Shown here: positions 59,379-64,000 of the stretch, in pieces
Layout of the letters: the number at the start of each line of letters is the position of its first letter
Numbering within the stretch: position 1 is the stretch's first letter
Virus record (IMG/VR): IMGVR_UViG_3300042514_001283
Location: 3,982-67,981 of that record
Length of the DNA stretch: 64,000 nt
Direction: 5' to 3' (one strand)
Source: a virus
The notes under the pieces: model-generated
Told to the model about the DNA's origin: nothing
Databases searched by the model: none
Seen by the model: the letters and a program-made list of their open reading frames with translations, nothing else
Made by a program: the position numbers and the translations under genes

Positions 59379-59935
59379 TAGTAGACCAGCCAGATGTCTC
59401 CGTTAGAACCGCCACTAGGGGCAGAAGAAGAGACTGTAATTAAAGATCCACCAGAAATTCTGGCTACTCCTACACCACCTTGTTGAAGTGTTGTTGCATT
59501 TACAGTTCCACCAGAAATTGTTTTATTAGTTAGAGTTTCTGTTCCAGATAGTGATGCTTTTGATGCTAAAGCATTAGTAACCGTTGTTGCATAGCTTGAA
59601 TCATCATTTATTGCTGCTGCTAATTCGTTTAAAGTATCTAGTGCTCCAGGAGCTGAGTCAACAAGGTATGCTACTGCTGCCGCTGATGCAGAAACAATTC
59701 CAGAATTTAAAGATCCTATTGTTGCATAGGTTGAAGAAGCGGATGAGGTAGTTAAATATCCTGAAAGATCAATATTAGCTTCAAAATAATCTAAAGCAGA
59801 CCAAGCACTTGATCCATTTCCAATTTTAAATTTTCCAGTATTTGTTTCAAATCCAATTTCACCTGAAAAAAGGGTAGGATTGGCACTAGTCCAGTTTGCT
59901 GAAGTATCTCTTCTTAATTGAATCTTAGTTGTCAT
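59378..59935 (-). CDS. short fibre protein with Mtd-N-like domain
   Basis: IQLRRDTSANWTSANPTL..GEIGFETNTGKFKIGNG. Confidence 0.8.
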   Translation of the reverse strand: MTTKIQLRRDTSANWTSANPTLFSGEIGFETNTGKFKIGNGSSAWSALDYFEANIDLSGYLTTSSASSTYATIGSLNSGIVSASAAAVAYLVDSAPGALDTLNELAAAINDDSSYATTVTNALASKASLSGTETLTNKTISGGTVNATTLQQGGVGVARISGGSLITVSSSAPSGGSNGDIWLVY

Positions 59936-60106
59936 AATATTATAATTATATCATTTAAATAATCTTTATATAATTAAAAAATTCGCAAAAATCCGCTCGC
60001 AAAAATCGGCAAAATAGTATACATCTTCCACCCCTTATAACTCCGTTATATATGTAGAATTTTTGGGGGGATTTATAAATATGCAGACTTATCCCTTATA
60101 TGAAGG

Positions 60107-60868
60107 TTATAATCTTTTTTGATGATCTTTGAACTTTTGTCCGAATGCATGAATTCCATTGAAATATTTTCTACCTGAAGTATGTGCTTTCTCTTTATCT
60201 TCATTAACTCTTTGACGACCTAGTTCATTTGCATCATTTTGTTCATTTTTAATTAAGTCTTCTGAAAAATATTTATTAACAGTATCTAATTCAAATTTAT
60301 CTATAAAGTACCTTGGCATAGGAATAAAGGCAGCTAAGGTATCACCTTTTTTAAATTCTACTACCCTTCCTGGATCGGTTAGCTTTATATTAAAGGTAAA
60401 GTCTCGTCTTATCTGATCTGCCTCAATAACTGCTGTCATTGCTACAGCTCCTGGGGTAAACATGTTAGGAGCTTGAATTGTCATTAAATTTATTCCTGGA
60501 GGGGTTTTTAGTTGAAAGCTATTTTGAATAGTTAATACTCCTTCAGCAAATCCTGGATGAATGTTTTGCATGGAAAAAGAATCTCCTGGCTCGTATATGT
60601 TAATATGAATATCTTTAGGATTTCCTGATGAACCATCCCAGGTTGCATCAAAATCATATGCTGCCTTGATAATAAATCCGTATTGATTTCCTATGTTAAG
60701 GGGTAAACAATAGTAAGCATGGTTATTAAACCAATCTCTTTTAATATTACCCTTTAAAGATTCTACAATTTCTGGATATCTATCATACTGCTCTTCTCTA
60801 CCAGGAAAAGGGATTATTAATATTTTATCCTCAGGGACTTCAAAACCAGGATCATTGATATAGTCCAA
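60107..60868 (-). CDS. DUF6065-like protein
   Basis: AYYCLPLNIGNQYGF, TPPG, IEADQ...FTFNIK. Confidence 0.75.
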   Translation of the reverse strand: MDYINDPGFEVPEDKILIIPFPGREEQYDRYPEIVESLKGNIKRDWFNNHAYYCLPLNIGNQYGFIIKAAYDFDATWDGSSGNPKDIHINIYEPGDSFSMQNIHPGFAEGVLTIQNSFQLKTPPGINLMTIQAPNMFTPGAVAMTAVIEADQIRRDFTFNIKLTDPGRVVEFKKGDTLAAFIPMPRYFIDKFELDTVNKYFSEDLIKNEQNDANELGRQRVNEDKEKAHTSGRKYFNGIHAFGQKFKDHQKRL

Positions 60869-61444
60869 TTAAATAACCCATCCATCAAAGTATTGGCTAT
60901 CCTGAGTCCAGAACGAGGCAAGGGTATATCTAACACTATCTTCTATTTTAGATACGCCATGAAGGTGCTCTGGGTCTCCTGGGTGTATTGCAAGTTTTCC
61001 AACGGCAGGGGAAATGTCAAAATTATGATTTGGATAATATGTATGTCCACCAGAGTAATCATCATTTAAATATATAATAGCTCCATACTCTCTATGATTA
61101 AACCATTCTAATGATTCTTTATGATCTTCGTGAGCATTTGTCATATCGTCACAATGTGGGGCTTGTTCCATTCCAGGAAACCAACGAATGACTTGAAATA
61201 GATCTGGATATATCTCTGATAGGTTATATGAGTCTTTTATTTGATTTCCCACTCTTTGACGAATATCATATAACATTTCCCCGATTTCTTTGTCATGAGA
61301 ATAAAGATGTTGAGCATTTAAGCTTCTATTACTCCAGAACTCTGATCCACCTTGTTCCCATGGCTCTATGCCTTTTACAAATTCTAAAATTTTATTAGAT
61401 TCTTCTATAGATATAAAGTTATCTATTGTTTTTGCATTAAACAT
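60869..61444 (-). CDS. 2OG-Fe(II) oxygenase, prolyl 4-hydroxylase-like
   Basis: HCD...IIYLNDDYSGG...HGV...RYT. Confidence 0.88.
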   Translation of the reverse strand: MFNAKTIDNFISIEESNKILEFVKGIEPWEQGGSEFWSNRSLNAQHLYSHDKEIGEMLYDIRQRVGNQIKDSYNLSEIYPDLFQVIRWFPGMEQAPHCDDMTNAHEDHKESLEWFNHREYGAIIYLNDDYSGGHTYYPNHNFDISPAVGKLAIHPGDPEHLHGVSKIEDSVRYTLASFWTQDSQYFDGWVI

Positions 61445-61468
61445 TTTTATCCCTTCAAAAATAAAAAT

Positions 61469-61549
61469 TTAGCTACCAGAGAGTGTAGATACAACAATTA
61501 CTGCTAATACAATCCAGAAGATGTATCTTATATAATCTTGATTATTCAT
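61469..61549 (-). CDS. 26-aa membrane peptide
   Basis: Manual translation MNNQDYIRYIFWIVLAVIVVSTLSGS. Confidence 0.45.
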   Translation of the reverse strand: MNNQDYIRYIFWIVLAVIVVSTLSGS

Positions 61550-61637
61550 TTGCTTCTCTCTTTGTTTTTTAATAATTCTATCCCCCTGCCCCCAACTTTT
61601 CTAAAACTTTTAGTTTTTTAAGATTCGCTGCACTCAT

Positions 61638-61666
61638 AGTGTAATTGCATTTTTTATACTTGTCAA
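61638..61666 (-). promoter_or_regulatory. sigma70/SigA-type promoter upstream of the hydroxylase operon
   Basis: TTGACA-N17-TACACT. Confidence 0.65.
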
Positions 61667-61851
61667 ATTGAGCTGCCAGAAACATTGAAATATTAAATTA
61701 TTTGTTACTTAATTGTAACATATTGTCTCACATAATGAGATATATATTCATATCCCCGAAAATCTGAATATTTTTATATTTGCAGCTAGATCCCATTTTG
61801 AAGAAAATCTGAATATTTTGTTAATGTGTATGATTCGTATATTTAGAAAAA

Positions 61852-61873
61852 GCTCACCTTTTTATTAGTGAGC
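61852..61873 (-). terminator. terminator of the leftward early transcript
   Basis: GCTCAC/GTGAGC stem followed by TTTTT on the minus strand. Confidence 0.55.
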
Positions 61874-61919
61874 CCATTCTATTTTTATTTAGTTTTGACA
61901 AGTGCAAAAATTCTAGTTT

Positions 61920-62060
61920 TTAGAACTCATCTTCGAAATAGTTTTCTATTTCTTGGTCACTCTCACACATGATACAGTAATTAATTTCCCATGCTGTTAG
62001 TTTATCATCACAGGTGATGCACTTATTTTTTGTAATGTTTTCAAATGCTAGTTCAGTCAT
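61920..62060 (-). CDS. 46-aa CxxC/CxxC acidic protein
   Basis: Manual translation MTELAFENITKNKCITCDDKLTAWEINYCIMCESDQEIENYFEDEF; GAGGGG RBS. Confidence 0.7.
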   Translation of the reverse strand: MTELAFENITKNKCITCDDKLTAWEINYCIMCESDQEIENYFEDEF

Positions 62061-62065
62061 TGTTA

Positions 62066-62254
62066 TTACCCCTCAATCATTTCGATAACTACTGCACCTA
62101 TTGCAGATAGTAGACCAATGATAGCCGTTGCTATCATCACATTGGCAGACATAAAGTTAAAGCCAATCACTAGTAGTTGTAGTTCTAGTAGTAGTGCAGG
62201 TAGTGAGAATACTGCAACGAATACTAGTGGGGCTTGTAGGTTGAATAAAAACAT
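62066..62254 (-). CDS. small two-TM membrane protein
   Basis: Hydrophobic 62 aa; AAAGGA RBS. Confidence 0.7.
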   Translation of the reverse strand: MFLFNLQAPLVFVAVFSLPALLLELQLLVIGFNFMSANVMIATAIIGLLSAIGAVVIEMIEG

Positions 62255-62280
62255 TTTGTTTCCTTTGTTAGTGTTGAGAT

Positions 62281-62326
62281 TTATTTGCTAGGCTCATCCA
62301 ATTTCTTGGCTTATTTGCTAGGCTCA
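62281..62326. repeat. 16-bp direct repeat TTATTTGCTAGGCTCA x2
   Basis: Exact copies at 62281-62296 and 62311-62326. Confidence 0.9.
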
Positions 62327-62349
62327 CTCTCAACCTTTCTTATGTCTTT

Positions 62350-62371
62350 AGACTAGCAGATAACCCTGACA
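62350..62371 (-). promoter_or_regulatory. TGTCAG-N10-TAnnnT promoter-like motif
   Basis: TGTCAG GGTTATCTGC TAGTCT; one of five copies. Confidence 0.7.
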
Positions 62372-62408
62372 ATTTCTACCTGAATCTCACTATTTGAGAC
62401 AATATTTT

Positions 62409-62424
62409 TGTGATGTATGTCATA
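62409..62424. promoter_or_regulatory. CRP/GlxR-like site
   Basis: TGTGA-N6-TCATA, one mismatch to TGTGA-N6-TCACA. Confidence 0.5.
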
Positions 62425-62438
62425 GAACATCTGTTCGA
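62423..62438. promoter_or_regulatory. LexA (SOS) box, actinobacterial type
   Basis: TAGAAC-ATCT-GTTCGA, one mismatch to TCGAAC-N4-GTTCGA. Confidence 0.75.
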
Positions 62439-62451
62439 ATGCCCGCGCCCC

Positions 62452-62505
62452 TGTGTATAACCTGTGTATAAGATGGGTATGAAATGCCCCTGAACCTGTG
62501 GATTA
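62452..62505. promoter_or_regulatory. cluster of DnaA boxes
   Basis: TGTGTATAA at 62452 and 62463 (match TTATNCACA); degenerate copies at 62474 and 62497. Confidence 0.7.
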
Positions 62506-62507
62506 TT

Positions 62508-62529
62508 GTTCACCTAATGTTAACCTAAA
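62508..62529 (+). promoter_or_regulatory. 11-bp direct repeat, PhoP/OmpR-family-like box
   Basis: GTTCACCTAAT-GTTAACCTAAA. Confidence 0.5.
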
Positions 62530-62552
62530 CACACCCCCTAAATGACCAAAAT

Positions 62553-62574
62553 TGTCAGACCCCTAGTGTATGAT
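62553..62574 (+). promoter_or_regulatory. TGTCAG-N10-TAnnnT promoter-like motif
   Basis: TGTCAG ACCCCTAGTG TATGAT, followed by RBS and ORF. Confidence 0.75.
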
Positions 62575-62606
62575 GAAATCATAAGACAAAAAGAAAGGGG
62601 TCAAAA

Positions 62607-62792
62607 ATGACTTACTTAGTAACAAACAAGAGAGACAACATCTCTAACGAATACATCTCTATTCATTCCGCCTTGCAAATGGTTGCAAGTTGTTTTGACG
62701 GTGCAGGTATCACCTGCGAAATAGTAGACACCCAAACGGGTGAACAGGTAGAAATCTACCGTAATCCTCTAACAGGTTGGAAGGTGGCTTAA
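62607..62792 (+). CDS. small early protein
   Basis: AGAAAGGGG RBS. Confidence 0.75.
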   Translation: MTYLVTNKRDNISNEYISIHSALQMVASCFDGAGITCEIVDTQTGEQVEIYRNPLTGWKVA

Positions 62793-62942
62793 ATGGCTTA
62801 CACTAAAATAAAGAATGCACGACTGCTAGTAGATGCAGTAAACGACCTAGAGCGTACTCTAAAGTATGACCCAACCAATCAGCGAATGATTGACCACTAC
62901 AATCGCCAAATAAATCTTTTGACTAGGCGTGTCTACAGGTAA
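62793..62942 (+). CDS. 49-aa early protein
   Basis: Manual translation MAYTKIKNARLLVDAVNDLERTLKYDPTNQRMIDHYNRQINLLTRRVYR; abuts the upstream stop. Confidence 0.7.
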   Translation: MAYTKIKNARLLVDAVNDLERTLKYDPTNQRMIDHYNRQINLLTRRVYR

Positions 62943-62945
62943 AAC

Positions 62946-62967
62946 TGTCAGACCTCTAGTGTAAGAT
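62946..62967 (+). promoter_or_regulatory. TGTCAG-N10-TAnnnT promoter-like motif
   Basis: TGTCAG ACCTCTAGTG TAAGAT. Confidence 0.75.
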
Positions 62968-62997
62968 AAAACTAACAACAACAAGAAAGGGCATCTA

Positions 62998-63165
62998 ATG
63001 TCACTAATACAAATAGCACTAATCATCTTAATACCTAGCCTACTGGCTGGGGCGTTGGCTTACTTAGTCGTAAGCGTTACAGAACTAAAGGCTAATAAAA
63101 AAATGTGGGAACAAGCCTACACAAAATTAGCAATCGAATTTGAACTATCTAAGGCAGGTAAATAA
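62998..63165 (+). CDS. 55-aa membrane-anchored early protein
   Basis: MSLIQIALIILIPSLLAGALAYLVVSV...; AGAAAGGG RBS. Confidence 0.7.
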   Translation: MSLIQIALIILIPSLLAGALAYLVVSVTELKANKKMWEQAYTKLAIEFELSKAGK

Positions 63166-63333
63166 ATGATGACACGCAAAGACTATGTAGCAGTAGCAGA
63201 AATTCTAAACTCATACCACTTAGACATTGATGCACAAATCTTTGAGGATTTACTTTCAGACTTTCAAGTATTTTTCAAAAGAGATAACTCTAACTTTGAT
63301 TTAACACGATTCAGAAATGCGGTAATTAAATAA
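63166..63333 (+). CDS. 55-aa early protein (MTRKDY...DNxxFD..RF type)
   Basis: Manual translation MMTRKDYVAVAEILNSY...FKRDNSNFDLTRFRNAVIK. Confidence 0.75.
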   Translation: MMTRKDYVAVAEILNSYHLDIDAQIFEDLLSDFQVFFKRDNSNFDLTRFRNAVIK

Positions 63334-63485
63334 TGAAATTCGTTCACAATAAAATTGACGGAACTTTTATTCTTGGAATTAGTTTCTCTAACTACTACAA
63401 TAAAAAACTAGGTAGCAAAAATTCTTCCCTGATTTTTGACTTAGGAAAACATTCAATCGCATTTATTTTTAGAGGTGAATACTAA
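63333..63485 (+). CDS. 50-aa early protein
   Basis: MKFVHNKIDG...IFRGEY; TAATG coupling. Confidence 0.65.
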   Translation: MKFVHNKIDGTFILGISFSNYYNKKLGSKNSSLIFDLGKHSIAFIFRGEY

Positions 63486-63566
63486 ATGAATAGTTTTTAT
63501 TCTTGGGTTTTAATTTTATCCCTTGCCACTTTTATTTATTTGCTAGTGGATAATTTTACAGACTAA
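63486..63566 (+). CDS. 26-aa membrane peptide
   Basis: MNSFYSWVLILSLATFIYLLVDNFTD; GAGGTG RBS. Confidence 0.55.
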   Translation: MNSFYSWVLILSLATFIYLLVDNFTD

Positions 63567-63580
63567 AAAAACCGAGCTGA

Positions 63581-63596
63581 TCGAACACCTGTTCGA
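63581..63596. promoter_or_regulatory. LexA (SOS) box, actinobacterial type
   Basis: Perfect TCGAAC-ACCT-GTTCGA. Confidence 0.85.
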
Positions 63597-63611
63597 GAAG
63601 CCCGCGCCCCT

Positions 63612-63644
63612 TTATCCACAGGCTGTTAAGAAGTTGTGGAAAAT
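63612..63644. promoter_or_regulatory. DnaA boxes
   Basis: Perfect TTATCCACA at 63612-63620; TGTGGAAAA at 63636-63644. Confidence 0.7.
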
Positions 63645-63692
63645 CCCCCTGGAAAATTTCGTTATCTTTTTGTTATCAAAATAGGTAGAAAT

Positions 63693-63714
63693 TGTCAGAC
63701 CCTTGTGGTAAGTT
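63693..63714 (+). promoter_or_regulatory. TGTCAG-N10-TAnnnT promoter-like motif
   Basis: TGTCAG ACCCTTGTGG TAAGTT. Confidence 0.75.
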
Positions 63715-63739
63715 ATAACTATAACGAAAGAGGTTAAAA

Positions 63740-63931
63740 ATGAGAGTCTATGAAATTGCTAAGCAGTTAGACATTCCTTCAAAAGATGTCAAGATGTATT
63801 TAGAATACATTGGTCAGCCCGTCAAAAGTGCATCGTCAAGTGTTGAGCCAATGTTTGGTGAGATAGTTGTCAAGCGTATTAACGAGTCTTTCAAGGACTT
63901 TGTACCTTATTGGGTACACCCACCATTCTAA
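63740..63931 (+). CDS. stand-alone translation initiation factor IF2 N-terminal domain homologue
   Basis: RVYEIAKQLDIPSKDV...GQPVKSASSSVE matches the actinobacterial IF2 N-terminal pattern RVHELAKELG..SK.V...GEFVKSASSTVE. Confidence 0.8.
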   Translation: MRVYEIAKQLDIPSKDVKMYLEYIGQPVKSASSSVEPMFGEIVVKRINESFKDFVPYWVHPPF

Positions 63932-63933
63932 AC

Positions 63934-63955
63934 TGTCAGACCTATCTGATAAACT
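63934..63955 (+). promoter_or_regulatory. TGTCAG-N10-TAnnnT promoter-like motif
   Basis: TGTCAG ACCTATCTGA TAAACT; a further ORF starts at 63988. Confidence 0.75.
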
Positions 63956-64000
63956 AATTAAACAACCTACTAGAAAAGAGAAATACAATGGGACTACAAA

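Noticed and set aside
59936-62600. tRNA or other structured RNA genes in the non-coding gaps
   Set aside because: No cloverleaf or T-loop context found; the GTTCGA hits belong to LexA palindromes. A covariance search would be needed to exclude other RNAs
62281-63955. CRISPR-like or mini-array reading of the early-region repeats
   Set aside because: Repeats are short, irregularly spaced and separated by ORFs; they fit promoters and operators
1-64000. Stop-codon reassignment
   Set aside because: Long genes are intact under the standard code, and TAA, TAG and TGA all end genes

Overview
AT-rich segment of a large tailed dsDNA phage with siphovirus-type morphogenesis genes. The host is probably an actinobacterium, inferred from actinobacterial-type LexA boxes, an IF2 N-domain homologue with the actinobacterial VKSASS motif, and actinophage-like small proteins. 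Positions 1-61.5 kb are almost entirely on the minus strand. In coordinate order they hold: replication genes (SSB-like, primase, DnaB helicase); tail tip genes; a 2174-aa tape measure; frameshifted tail chaperones; major tail, neck, capsid, protease/scaffold and portal; class II ribonucleotide reductase; and a ~27 kb block of fibre/decoration proteins. Interleaved with that block are two glycosyltransferases, four DUF6065-like paralogues, a 2OG-Fe(II) prolyl-hydroxylase-like enzyme, an atypical methyltransferase and a 26-Cys protein. From ~61.6 kb lies an early-type region of tiny ORFs driven by a repeated TGTCAG-N10-TAnnnT promoter. It contains two homologous cassettes packed with host-regulator-like sites (LexA, DnaA, CRP-like, PhoP/OmpR-like). 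The best candidates for undescribed biology are that cassette, a putative hydroxyproline/O-glycosylation system for virion proteins, the Cys-ladder protein with its accessory genes, and a stand-alone IF2 N-domain protein. All family assignments come from motif recognition by eye; no database search was run.
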